Shown here: positions 51,273-64,000 of the stretch, piece by piece
Layout of the letters: the number at the start of each line of letters is the position of its first letter
Numbering within the stretch: position 1 is the stretch's first letter
NCBI GenBank assembly: GCA_040954595.2
Contig: CM082576.2
Coordinates: 3,818,760-3,882,759 of the forward strand
DNA: 64,000 nt
DNA from: Balanoglossus misakiensis
Taxonomy: Eukaryota; Animalia; Hemichordata
Direction: 5' to 3'
Notes under the pieces: generated by a model
Databases searched by the model: none
What the model was told of the DNA's origin: nothing
Seen by the model: only the letters and a program-made list of their open reading frames with translations
Translations under genes and position numbers: made by a program

Positions 51273-54200
51273 TTAAGAGGACAGCAGTAACCAGCATGTG
51301 CAAGAAAAAAATAGCTATCACTTTGCAAATAACTTTTGTTTTCTTGCAAGTGGACAGAATGTAAGGGACGCAGAGTTAAACTGTTATTTGCACATTTCAT
51401 TATCAGGAACCTCTCACCCATTGATTTAAACATATATGGGTTTATAATGAGTGTCCCTGTAATTAGGGTGTATTATATTATAGACTTTGTAAACTTGTAC
51501 ACTCAAGCGTTTCTCAATTGAATAGCTGAGTGGCTAGATTCTTCAACTATGTGTTGTGTGTGCACAATTGGTGATCCTACACGACTCCGATATTTACTGC
51601 TAGTGCACTGCATGAAATTTGTTATTTGCACGTAATAAGGACAGAGTAGCATTTCTCAAAACACAAGTAAATTTTTGAACCCACTGAGAATACATCTGAT
51701 TGGAAGGACTGCAGTGAGTTCAGTGCATTGCTGGCCAATCAGAAAGCGAGAAAAGTCTATTGACCTGTGGACAAAATAGATTTAAATCTCACAATTTCTG
51801 TAAACTCATAAGTTTAAAAGCCTGCAGCATTTATTTATGTTTATGAAGTATTTCAATCCCAAAGCACAATTGATACTTTGAGTCTGCCCGAGCAGAAGCT
51901 AACTACAAATCTTTCAAATTTATCTACTCGTACACACCTTGTTCACTACTTGCTAAGTAATCTAACAAAAATATTACAGATAAAGATATTTTCAGAAGGA
52001 TATGAATAATTTTTATCGACCTCTCCATATACTCTTGTAAAAAACTGGAAAAGTCTAACTGAAACTGAAAGATGACAATTTGTGTAAAAAAGCTACCATA
52101 CAATCCCTCTCTTCAGTAAATTTCATGACAACAAAATATTGCGTATCACATTTCATTTCTTTTCATGGGGATGGGAAAGTACTAAACGTGTGCTTTTGAT
52201 ATAAAATTCTTTGATATCATCGTGCAGGTGGGGGTTTTCATTTGTCCAAAACTAAATTAAAGATTAAAGACACGAAAAGCATTAGACTGCAACGAGGAAA
52301 GCTATGGTGCAGTGGATGTGTCATGGGAGAACTCGCTGTACCCAGTGGAAGGATAGGGCAACCACATGATGTCTTTTTTGAAGAAAATCCGACCAATTGG
52401 ATTAAGAAGTACTGGCAGTATTTTTGCAATGCCCAAATATGGTAACAGAGAAATGTTGATTGACAGCTGAAATATGGCAATGTCTGACAGTTAACAGTTC
52501 TGCACATGTTGGCACAAAAGTACATAAATTAGTATCAGTTAAATAACAATAACTTAAGACAAAATGTCTAGAAAAACAACATAGCATAAAATTAGATGTT
52601 TGCTATAAATGCAAAAAAGATGTAAACAAATGTACCTGCAGTTTTATCTTGATAACATCGTTATTCAAATTAACATCAGGTGAAGGCTTGATTTTGCATT
52701 TTGTGAAAGTTTTCTGGTGATTTTGTGCAGTAATTTGAATGTTACTCATTGATGATTAATCAACAGATAGATGAATCACACAATGGCAAGTATGACAACT
52801 GACAAAAAAACCCACATGAATGCTTTCTTGAGACAGACAATTAACTTCAAATCAAAGTTCCCCTTTGAAATAAAAGTTGGAAAGCAAACAGGCAAAACAA
52901 AACTGCTACACTTTGGGGGGAGCTAACTGGAGTTGCAGCAAATTGGTTGAAATGTTCCTTTAATTAATATATGTATAATAAGAGTTGCCTTTTTAAAGTT
53001 CATCATACAGTCTTATTTCTGCTCTATCATCAAAACATTTTCAGGATTTTTCATAAACATATAAATGCACCTATCCTACATGAAGGCATGCAATATGTAC
53101 AAAAAAAGTGCTTTAACTCTCCTTGAAAAAGAGATATCATTACTTAAATAACAAGAGTATAAAACTTAATACAAAAATTCATGCAAGGAAAATAGAAATC
53201 CTGTTTCCAGAATTCTGTAGTAATACTAACATAATACATGTAACATGAATAATCATTAATGCATATCTTTTTGAACAGAGAGTTGCCCTGCAACCTTTCT
53301 GGTTTTCTCTCTCATTCTTCCTCCAAAAATACTGTGTTACTTTTTTTAATGTCATGACTGTAAATGAATTAAGGTGCTGCTATTCTATGGGAAAACAAAA
53401 CCAATTTTGCTCGAGTGGCTGTAGCTAGAATGTTTGTTCTCTAAAAATCTGTACAGGCACTCAACTTACAAGTCACTGTTGATGACACAGTCCCCATTGA
53501 CATTAAAGGTAAATGAACTGCAGGTAATATATGGGATGTGCAACAAAAGCTACAAGAGTGTGCATATTAGTCAGGGTTCGTTGTCCTGGGACCATCTTCA
53601 AACTTTACACAGTGCTCCCTCCCCCAGTCAGCCATTTTAAAAATGTACTATAAATCGTGACAATGGAGTTATTTAATAGCCTTGTGGAAGAAAAAAAAAG
53701 AAATGGCTGACCGGCAGCAATATCCGATTATCTGACAAAAATGACCAGAATATGCAAGTTTTGTGGCTTGTCTTTGTAACAACTTTGTAAGGAACACTTC
53801 CAAATAACTAAATGACTGAAATGGCAAAAGAAAATGGCTAACTGGTGGCCAAATTAGACTGTATAAGTGCACAGTATGTCATGGTGTTATGCTCTAAAAC
53901 AACTAGGGCTTGCAATAAATTATGCAATATGTGAGTATTGGCACTGGATGAACAGACAGACAGATAAACAGACAGCAATATTCAAGTCTTTCCAGACTTG
54001 GTTCATGGGACTCATAAAACTTACTTATGTGTACATGTATATACCCTGTGTACACTGCAAAATGCCTATTTTGACTACAATAATTCACCTACAGGAAAGT
54101 GTTCATGACACAAACTTACAAAATATCCTGCCTACGATTATTCTGAAATGCAGTCTTTAGTAAAGCGCTGTAAGAACAGTCACAATGGATATCACATCAA

Positions 54201-54617
54201 CATTATAGATTTGACACCAACCTATTGAACACCACACCAAGAATTGATCATGAGATCCCATTTTCTGCCACACTTCTGGTAACTTAATACAAAATATCAT
54301 AATGATATACACTTATAGATCTTTCTATTTTTCGTACAACTCTGATATGTTGGAAAAGTCTTCAAGCAATATGATATCAACATCAAAGTTCCAGATAAAA
54401 AAAACTGATGGTTTTGATTTCTGATTTGATTAATTTGGCACATACTTGCAATGCCATTTCCTAATCATATTTCACGCTGTTTCTATAACAGACTGGGTTG
54501 CACTGTGGATGTGACACGGGGCATGGTGACCTCATGTAGGGATCGCTGCAGTGTGATGAGACCGATTGAAATCACTTTTTTGCTTTGTACAGATCACAAC
54601 TTATCACATGACTAGTC

Positions 54618-54625
54618 CAAACAAA

Positions 54626-54656
<31 letters not shown>
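54618..54656. repeat. (CAAA)n(CA)n microsatellite
   Basis: Directly visible. Confidence 0.95.
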
Positions 54657-54659
<3 letters not shown>

Positions 54660-55304
54660 GACAAGCATGTGCACAGGAGTATATGAATACTTGTTTGTCT
54701 GCACATGTAGTTTTGCATGTGATGTACTTGATTTGAACTTTTTGTGGTGAAATTCTACAAATGAATGCTAGATGTCTGGTATGTGGTGCATGAAATTTTC
54801 AGGATGAATTCAATGGATAGATAAAGAACATTATCTTTTTAAAAGTACCACTTCTGAACCCTGTATGATATTTTGCACATTTTGGATTATAACATGAACA
54901 TTTATGAACTCTATATGTAATTTCAGGAAAAAAATATTTCATGCAGCACTTGAATTTTCATTATTCTGAATCTTCATAACCTTGCTGTTCTGCCAATTTT
55001 GCTCACTGATGGCTGCCTGCGGACAGTTGATGCAAACTTTCTATAAAGGCCCCGTGAATGAAGATAAGTCACATATTGAGTGATACTTCCAAATGTTTTT
55101 GAAAACTTGTAGCTTGAGTTTGGTGAGCACATGCGTTGCTATCACCACTTCTCTCAAAAACCACTGTCCTTCTGCATTGATGCTAGCATGCTGCATTGTT
55201 TGTTTATATATTGTTCGTTTGTTTGCTTCGTTTCTGTAAATCCTGCAGCTGGACGAAAGTTGTCTGACAAAGTACTACAAGTTTTCTCTCTCTCTCTCTC
55301 TTTT

Positions 55305-55544
55305 TTACCAATCGCTCTTTGATGTTTCTGGAGGGCTGGCAAGTTCAGAGTCCAGGTCGGAGTAGTCGGTGTGGTGGCCGTTGACCAGACCGTGGTGTGG
55401 GCAGGTCTCTTCGTGGCCACTCTCGCAGGAGCCACACTCTGAGACCAGAGTGGAATCCAGACACATGCTCTTGTAGTCCTGGATGGATTCGTTCAAGCTC
55501 CAGAGTTGACAGAGTAATGACATATCTAGCTGGCGCAAACCAAC
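55305..55544 (-). CDS. FAM89: FAM89/LRAP25-like protein, exon 2 (VGLRQLDMSLLCQLWSLNESIQDYK...SDW*)
   Basis: tttccag acceptor. VGLRQLDMSLLCQLW continues the FAM89 (LURAP) domain in frame. Total 166 aa. Confidence 0.92.
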   Translation of the reverse strand, partial: VGLRQLDMSLLCQLWSLNESIQDYKSMCLDSTLVSECGSCESGHEETCPHHGLVNGHHTDYSDLDSELASPPETSKSDW

Positions 55545-58500
55545 CTGGAAAGTGAAAAGAGAGAACATGGTGGTCAATATAAGAATCTATAAAAGAGTGA
55601 CTAGAAAATGCACAAAAAGACAGAATAAAATTGAAAACCCCAATCCAAAGATGTTCATTAGAACTGGGAAAGAAGAAAAAAAGAATCTAGTGCTGTAAAT
55701 GCCTCACAGGAGGTACTAATACCATGAAGCCTTGCTGATGGAATTTTAATCCAGTACTTGAGTCACAAAGTGGACAAAGACTTCTTGGTGTCTGTGAGAA
55801 AGGCAGCGAAGTTTTACTTCCACAATGCCACATAGTAAATACATGTAAATACCCTTGTTTGGCTTGGCTACCATTTTGTGACAGAGCATGTGCTTGCTGT
55901 ATGCTACAAAAACAGGACTTTCGCAGTCTGTGGATAAAGCTTCACTAAAGCCTCTCTCAAAATATGTGATGCATATAACCATAGAGACTGCTTTCATCCG
56001 GCAATACAGCTTTACAACATGTCTGCTTCCCGTAGTACACAGTGGATATACCAGGCTTTGCTTCCTGAAATGTTTTTTTTTTTTCCTGGCATGCATGACC
56101 TCAAGCTAAGATTTGTGATGAGCCCAGCGAGCGGGAGAAGAAACTGGCCTACTTCCCAGAGAAGAACACAACTTGGATAATGCCATGCCAGTTGGCTGGA
56201 ATGAGGGCTAATTGAGTGGGAAGTCAGACATGTTGGCACCGAATTCTCTAATACCATGATACTCAAACCCCCTGCTTGCTTCCAGCATATTTCACTTCCC
56301 AAGTCTAAAATTCCACACACTCTACGCACAGTGAGAAACCTAGAACCAGAACTTCCAACATCCCCATAACAAGCAGAAGTCCTTTTAAAAAGACCTTTCA
56401 CAATTCACAAAACATATACTATTCCAGAACGGCTCCCAAGGGGCAAGTTATGCTTGTGTTATGTGTTCTTAAAACCCTGTTATGACTAGGCATGAACTGG
56501 GTAAATAAAATATTATAGGCTGTTACTGGTTCCAAGATGTCTATCTGTTGACCTTACTCGACCTTTCTCCTTGATTTAATTTGAAAAGAAAATAGGAATA
56601 CATGCACTGGAATTCCGGTTTGTTCTTCATGAATATTCATAACACATCAAAATCAGGACAATTGATCTTTTTCTCTTCAACCATTACCAATTCCATCAGT
56701 TTTCTAACTTGAGAAAAGACTGCTGTCGGCTAGCGATAAATCTTAGCTTCCACAGGAAAAAAATATACACTTTAGAACTTCCTAGATCCTCTTCATTTAT
56801 TCAGACTGAAAATTTGAGTAAAAAAATCCTTTGAATTAACATCAAATCTTAGTTATCTTGTACAAGTATGAGACTGTTTTGGTGAAAATTTAAGGTCTAC
56901 TACAGGTGTAACGCTAACATGTGGTCAGAGGAAGAAATGATACACAGTAGAGGTGGCAGCCAATTTGGATAAGTGAGTGGATTTGTTTGTGTGGTAACCA
57001 GGCCTGCTAAACATTCTCTTAGAGGACCAAGTAGGCTATCATGTGTATTTGTCTCTGATAACCAAACATCACTCTAGAGTCAGTTATCCAAGAACAGCAA
57101 CAAGTTCCAACTGGCATTATTAATTATTATTTTATTATTTCAATGAAGTTGTTATGACAGCGATAAACCACTACAATAAAAGCCACATTTTATTTGACCT
57201 CTGACCCCCAGAGAAATAAACGATGCGACTTTTTAAAGGATAGGATTTCCCACACAACTTTGCTCAGGCTGCTTCACTCACAAAGTATTTAATTTCCGAG
57301 AGGTCACGCAATTTGCGGCTGCATGTATTTCTGAAGGGAGTATCGGTAACCTTCGTAGCAGCAATAATTGATACAAATATCAGGCTACATGCGACCATAT
57401 GGTGAAAAACAGGGTTTCAATAACAAAAGCTATTCATAGCTCTGCAACAGAACATGCACACACACACACACTCGGAGCCGTTATAAAACACAAATGTCAC
57501 GGGTGTTAATTTTCATTTGTATAGAAATGTGTGTGTAATTTCTGGAATTCTGAAGTAATCAGCCATATTATTTTTCATAAAGATGTTATCATCCTTGCCC
57601 TAGACAAAGAACAACACTAAAACTGCATATCAAATTATGAAAAATGTTTTGGACGGCTGCATGTGACTAGGTTAAGCCAGACACAATGACCCCCCCCCCC
57701 CAATGTGGTCAAGTGACACAGGTCGTTATGTCAATCAGGGGTAGGGTGGTCCCACCTTTCAAACTGGCTAGCACAGATCAGACAATATTAAGTTTAAGAT
57801 ACATGTGTATGAAAACCCTAACCCAGTGTACTTTAGCCTCATCAGGAGAATTCCGCATCAAAATAGCCATTTTATACACCCACATATTGAGTGTGTCACT
57901 AGGGAGGAGAATGAGGTGGCTAGGCATGTCTCTACGCAGATACCAAACTACAGGCAATCTATGTATGGGTGTTGTGTTTATACTGAATCGTTCATTTCAG
58001 GTTGACATAATTTTTACATCAGTTTAAATTTTCTGCCCATTCTTTCCAAGAACTGGTATCGCTGGGCCCACTCAATTCAACATTATTTTTGCTCAAATTA
58101 AACTCCATCGAATGTGCATGTATGGTCTCATACTGTAGTTTTCAACTACATTAAACAGAACGTACAATACCCTTTGTAAATAATACCCACACCACCTGTA
58201 GTAAAATCATGCCAGTCTCTCCATGTGGAAGGACTGTGGAAAACAGTATGGTTGAAAATACACTACCACACCTGTACACTTCCAAAATGGTAAAGATCAG
58301 AGCGATACATGAAGTATGTCATGATGGGCACACAAGGTTCACGCAAGGTCGTATTTGCTCAAGATTGCTAATCACATTTAACACAAGCTAGGTCAGCCGT
58401 ATCTAGTTTCAAAACACATACTCTGAAAGATATTTCGATCATGTCTATTACAAGAACACTCTATTATCGATGCCTGAAGTCAAATATTTCCTTTGAAGAG

Positions 58501-60296
58501 GAATACAGTTCTGAGAACCACAGTGAAAATTTTTAGTCAATCTGTAGAAAAACATACACTGCTACATATGTCAGTCTACAATTCTGCAATACATGTATGT
58601 ACGGAACGAATTTAGAATTTTAGATTGTCATACACAGAACTAAAATGCAGGAGAGGTCTAGTGAGTTTTACCCTTAAAGTATTCATTGATATTTCACATC
58701 AGACTGTTGTGCATTAAGAGGTCGTGCCTCAGGTCAACACGGCAGACAATAGAGGGCAGCAACACGGACAATCTCAGTCGGATTGAGGGAGTGTCTTGTC
58801 TGGAATGAAGCATTTCAGAGATAAAGGGAAGGGAGCAGAGGTAGATGATAGGGATGGTCAGAACCCTGTAATATCTGGCCTTGTGCCAAAATTAAACCCA
58901 TCCAGACTCATCCCGCACCTGTTACAATAAGAGTATTGCCAATGGTCGATCATGATACCGCTCCATTTGACGGTTATTACTGATAAAGACACAAAGGGCA
59001 GACTGTTACTGGATTCGTTTGATAATCCCGGGTGCAGCTTCAAATCAATAGGCTATTTACTGTAGTGGTCCCGGGTTTTCAAGTATCGCGGACTACCTCA
59101 GTTACCCCACTGTCTTGTGGAATGAGGAATTCACTGGGCCGTCTGCCAAGCGTGCATATTTGCGACAGCATTCTCTCGGTGGTGTCTGGTTCTGCCCCGC
59201 TCGGAAAGTCTGCACATAACTGGAGAAACTAGAGAGACCTGTCAATGTTTGCACATGTTGTCACACGCGTTTTAGAGTTCCACTCAGCAAACACTAAAGA
59301 CTGAATAACAGTAAAAGCACTATTTTAAAGAGCGCTAAGGGCTGTTTGTATTTGACAGGTGTCTGGATTATGCAGATTAAATCCATTTACATGCACAAGA
59401 CCATCTATGTTTGATATTAGACGGGAGGAATAATGATGCATTTCATATAAAAGTAGCTGTAACGTCTAGTGATTTTTTCACCTCAATATTTTTAAAATTG
59501 AGAACAGGCTAGTGTGTACTTGTAATACACTAAAATTAGGATTTTATCAGGGATCTGTGGGGGAGGGGTATCAGATTCGGTGGTCCATTTTGATTAAACA
59601 TAACTCCATACAAACTGTATGTGCGCCGAATACAGATCTAAGGCATATCATTCACAGGATGTGCTCATCTTTCTACGCTGCAAATTAACAGCTTTGTCTC
59701 ACCCAGAGACCAATTATTGCCATGATTATGATACCGATACCTCGTTGCCTGAAGCTCAGCCACAGTAATGATGAACCAGAATATCTAGACCTGGGGCTGG
59801 GAACTACACGTAGTTCACTGTCACTGAAAGGGGACCAGAATGAACAGCAGAGAGATTCACCACCAGAAAATTAAATGGTTGCTTTCATTCCATTTGAATT
59901 TCTTGCAGAGACTCTCTTTTGATGAAAGAGTCTGGATTAGACAAATGGAAAAAAGAGAAAGTGTCAATAACAGCTGTGCAACATTCGCTTCCATCATTGC
60001 CTCTCCAGTCGAGCATTCGCAAGACTGCTCACACTAATGAACATGGGGTTGTTCACAATTCTGTTTGAATGTCTCCTCAGCCATGATTATTCATAGCTGC
60101 CAATCACAGATTTTTTCCTGGGGTCACATTAAAAAGTGTAATATCATAGTTTACATTCATGCAAAGCACAGTACATGTAACTTTGGTAATACATGCATAA
60201 ACCTGGCAAATTGTATGATCCAATATCTGATACTTTTCAGTGTTTATTAGCAAATATTACTTATGGAAATTTTGGGCCAGTTCTAGGCTCATATGA

Positions 60297-60320
60297 CCCC
60301 CCCCCCCCCCCCCCCCCCCC
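60297..60320. repeat. poly(C) run of 24 nt
   Basis: Directly visible in the FAM89 intron. Confidence 0.95.
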
Positions 60321-62149
60321 ACAGCAGACCAATTATCAGATATGATTGAGCAAGGCCATTTTTGATTGAGTAACTGATCATTCAGATAAAACTGACCACA
60401 TCACAAATGCACTTAAAAAAGTCAATGGGACCTTGTAGTTTCAGATACAATCAAGAATATGGGTAATTGATCTGTAGTCTTATTCAGGAGTAGAAGTAGG
60501 CCCACAACTGATTCCAGCCAGACTTGCCCTAGCTATTTACAATGTACTAGCTATAGTACATTTTGTATTGATGTAAGTTTTCAGTTCATTGCACTTTAAT
60601 TTAATTGTAAGGCAGTATGCCCTTGAATTTCCACTATGCCATTACTGAGACCTTGAAAAGCTATCAATACAGCTGAAGTTCAAGGCAACTTTTAATTCAC
60701 CCTAATACAAATGAGACCAATTTGGCTGCACATCCACAGATTACTGCACAATAAAGGGATAAAGGTTCCATCCTTTGACATATTGGAGGCTCATTTGAGC
60801 CGCTACAGATGTTGTTAATCTGCTTATAAAAACATACTAAACTCAATATCTGGTATTAAAATCAACGTACAAATGAGAGTGCTTAGATGCAGTTTTGTAG
60901 TATCAACACCAAAAAATTATATGACTCCAGTGGGTCACTTCATACTGTAAAAAACCAAGATGATCAGATGTAATATATTAAATTCAATATTAATATTAGA
61001 TTATTTGAAAGCAATGTTAGGAGAAGAATCAGGATGGTGTTCAGGATAAAAGGTTTCAATTTTATGGGCCATACCACACAAATGTATTGGACAGGTTTCA
61101 CTGTACCAGTAATGACATAGATAATAGGTGATCCCTGTCAGTCTGAACTCAGCATGCGATCGGCTTTAATGGGTAAATGTCATAAAAGCCTGCAATTATA
61201 GGCAAAAGTGCTGTGCCCAGTATTCTTTTTCTGTCCTCTTATCACAAGTCATATCTACATCACTGCTGCACAAAGCAGAATTTGTTAACATGGGCATGTT
61301 CACTCGATAGAAAGTTTTTGTGGAGTGACTTGTCATTCAAGTGCACAATAGAAAACTTATAGAAGGCCATTGCCATGCAAAAGATAACAATCTTTGAGGC
61401 TTTTAATTTTCGGTCTGCATCATCAATTAGGGATTCAAAACAACTGGTTGGCAAATTAAACCAGTCTGAAGTCAACCTATTCAAAGTCCAAAGACACCGT
61501 CTTTACTTTTCATGATTGACATACTGTTGGAGGTCATTCTGTATTTCTGCATTGCCTGGCTCCGGATTTGTCAATGGCATTGCCAATTTTGCTAATTAGT
61601 TTGACATCTCCCCCCCCCCCCCTTCTAGATGAAACACTGCACTTCAACAAGGAAGCTGTACCCCAGCATAATTCCAGAAAAGCTGTCCAAAACACTTGTA
61701 CCTCATACAGTATAAATAATGTCAGAGACTGCCATACATTATGTATGTGCTCAAGAATGTCTGTCTTGATCTTGTGTGATGCATTTTCTGAAATTATGTT
61801 GGTGCCCCTCACCAGCCATATACATATACACATACTCATTATAATCCATACTGCACCTAAACTATGGCACCTGAAAACGGTAAGTACCGGAAGATAAACT
61901 GCCATCCGAGCATAGCCACGATCAAATTACGGGTGGTATTCAGGTTCAGTTGGCCAAGACTCAGAGAACGAACGACATAACAAACCTTCTGTTCTCGAAT
62001 GTTGTCATTCAAGTACTCTCTGAAACCACACTGTGGTAATGTAGAATACAGTGTGTGATTGTACTCAAAACTGTATGCTTTCACACTGCCGGGTGTAAAT
62101 TTAACTTCACCAACACCCCGTGGTGTGACGGGGAAAACTTTATACCCAC

Positions 62150-62410
62150 CATCTCTTTACGAAGTATAGCCAAAGCTGCGTCCAGATTTCCGGGTGGAGG
62201 CTTCAGTGCTTTTTTCTTGTCTTTCGGGTCTCTTCCACGACCGTTTGACCTCGAATAATCGTCTTGTATCATTGTTTTCATAGCATGAATACGACCAGTC
62301 TCTCTCCATGTACCACTAGAAACATTTAGAAGTCCGCTAAGGCTTTTAGGCAGGGCAGGAAGGCCAGGGATATTGGCAGGAGGGCCGACCGTATTCGAGT
62401 TCGTCGCCAT
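62150..62410 (-). CDS. FAM89: FAM89/LRAP25-like protein, exon 1 (87 aa)
   Basis: GLPALPKSLSGLLN and PPxNLDAALAILRKEM motifs of FAM89A/B. ATG in AAGATGGCG context, donor ATG|GTGGGT, phase 0. Confidence 0.92.
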
Positions 62411-62560
62411 CTTGCTTCGGGATGTGTTTTACTTGGCCTCGATTTGAAACAGTGTGAAATTGAGAAAAACCGGAAGTCAAAACAACACTGTAAACATACA
62501 GGAATTCCGCTTGGTGAATCATGTCTGATTGACGTACAAAGTCACTGTAAACCACGTGAA
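62404..62560 (-). promoter_or_regulatory. FAM89 proximal promoter motifs
   Basis: YY1-type AAGATGGCG overlapping the ATG, ETS ACCGGAAGT at 62469-62477, E-box CACGTG at ~62553, local CpG enrichment. Confidence 0.5.
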
Positions 62561-63002
62561 GGAATTTTATTAAGGAACACACCCTAAAGGCTTCAGGCAC
62601 TTAATTTGTCTAGTTCATGGGCGCGGGCAAGTGTTGAGTTGACAAAATAAGTGTACCCAAAGGTCGATGCAAAGGTCACACGGGGACATGGTTCAGGTCG
62701 AACGACCTTTGTCTTGCTAAACCTGTGTATGTCGTAGGTGGCTACGTCACGCACGGTACTTGAAGACACAAATGACGTGGACAGAATGTCTTATTTCGCA
62801 AAATGTATTTCACCACTCAATTAAAACCGTGATGTACATTATAAGTATTCTTACATTATAAGAATCTACAGGCCACATTCTCCAAGGAGGCTAGGCTGTG
62901 TGCAATGGTATAAATGCTTGTATTGACAGAAGTCACTTTTTTCAATAGACTCACCTACCACTATTAAAGTTTATTTCATACCGTTAGTGTTCACATGGCT
63001 GT

Positions 63003-63055
63003 ACAAACAAACAAACAAACAAACAAACAAATAAGCAAACATACAAATAAATAAA
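63003..63055. repeat. (CAAA)n/(TAAA)n tetranucleotide repeat
   Basis: Directly visible. Confidence 0.9.
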
Positions 63056-63737
63056 AATGAACCACACCAAATAAATAAATCAAATACAATATTGCTTTTT
63101 CAATTGGGAAAATCCATAGACTTTATTCTGTGTGTTCATTATTCTTTCTGGAAAGTTACATGTAACATCAATAAACGTTTTCCTATTCTTAGGAAACATC
63201 CCTATAATCAGTCTTGAACTTCATCATCTCTATGGTGATGACAGACTGACCTTATGTTAGTGGTAACAAACGGAAGAGCTCTTTTGCTGTGAACAAATAT
63301 CAGAAAGTTTACAAAAAAAGCTCTTAAATATTCATTTCAAAATCATATGAGTAAGAATCAAGTAAATTATCTTTACAGAGTGTGATGTGCAAGTATTAGT
63401 TGATGGCGGTAATCAGAACAGTGTGTCTAACATCAATGAATATTGCAAAAGTTATGCTTTCAGACTGCCAGAAGTTGCCCCTCCCCAAAATATAAATACA
63501 AAGCTGAGTATTCAGCCAACCAAACATTTCCTCTCAACTGAGGCGTCCACCTACTGGTATTTGGGATGTGTAGGAGTGTTCTAGTAGATCTACTAGTAGA
63601 CTGATGGTGAAACTCACAGTTCAATGACTGTGTAGCAGATGATGCAACTATGGAATCATGGATGTCCTGTGCACTTGTGTGTGTGAGAAGTTGGAACTGG
63701 CTAGTTTAGTGAAAAGTAAATCTCTTGCCCGGAGGAT

Positions 63738-64000
63738 CTACTGGTGAATTGTGTCATGTGATCTGTGTTTCAGCTGCTCCAATGCCAATAGAGCATCGGC
63801 ACAGGCTTTTACCAATGCACACAGTTCAGTACACATCACAACCGACTTGGCCCTTCCCAACTCCGCGTTGGCCCATGCCAGCTTCGCTTTGACCGCATCC
63901 ATGGAACATTCTACCAGCGGTGCCTGATCTTCAGACTGTGCACTGGGGCTTGGTTCAACTGCAGTAGCAGCAGACTGCTGCACCTGGTGACTGCTCTGTC
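63738..64000 (-). CDS. ZNRD2: ZNRD2/SSSCA1-like protein, C-terminal part (5'-truncated by the window)
   Basis: KLAWANAELGRAKSVVMCTELCALVKACADALLALEQL resembles the SSSCA1 C-terminal helical region (KLTWASAEL...LCGLIRACAEAL). The frame is open to the window edge; TAG at 63740-63738. Confidence 0.8.
   Translation of the reverse strand, partial: QSSHQVQQSAATAVEPSPSAQSEDQAPLVECSMDAVKAKLAWANAELGRAKSVVMCTELCALVKACADALLALEQLKHRSHDTIHQ

Noticed and set aside
51695-51743. TCTGATTGG...CCAATCAGA inverted repeat
   Set aside because: 9-bp arms with a poorly paired interior. Possibly a repeat remnant; not a convincing miRNA or element boundary.

Overview
Eukaryotic, intron-rich, AT-rich animal DNA, most likely from a non-vertebrate bilaterian; the species cannot be determined from the sequence. 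Almost all ORFs in the supplied track are spurious. Three genes lie on the minus strand in tandem. (1) The 3' end of a ZNRD2/SSSCA1-like gene (63738 to the window edge). (2) A complete two-exon FAM89/LRAP25-like gene (62410->55305). (3) A complete Meis/homothorax TALE-homeobox gene with 12 coding exons (ATG 48063, stop 5242, about 496 aa, or 509/523 aa with alternative exon-10 donors), very large introns around the homeobox and a probable ~2.9 kb 3'UTR. A 413-bp TTAA-flanked MITE sits upstream of Meis. The most interesting observations are: a near-full-length miR-9-complementary site inside Meis coding exon 11; a ~60-bp element upstream of the Meis ATG resembling my recollection of the vertebrate MEIS1 5'UTR; four perfect PBX-MEIS decamers suggesting autoregulation; three in-phase exon-10 donors, one of them GC; a GC-rich multi-hairpin patch in intron 7; and ZNRD2-FAM89-Meis microsynteny. 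All coordinates were read by hand, and cross-species comparisons are from memory and need database confirmation.
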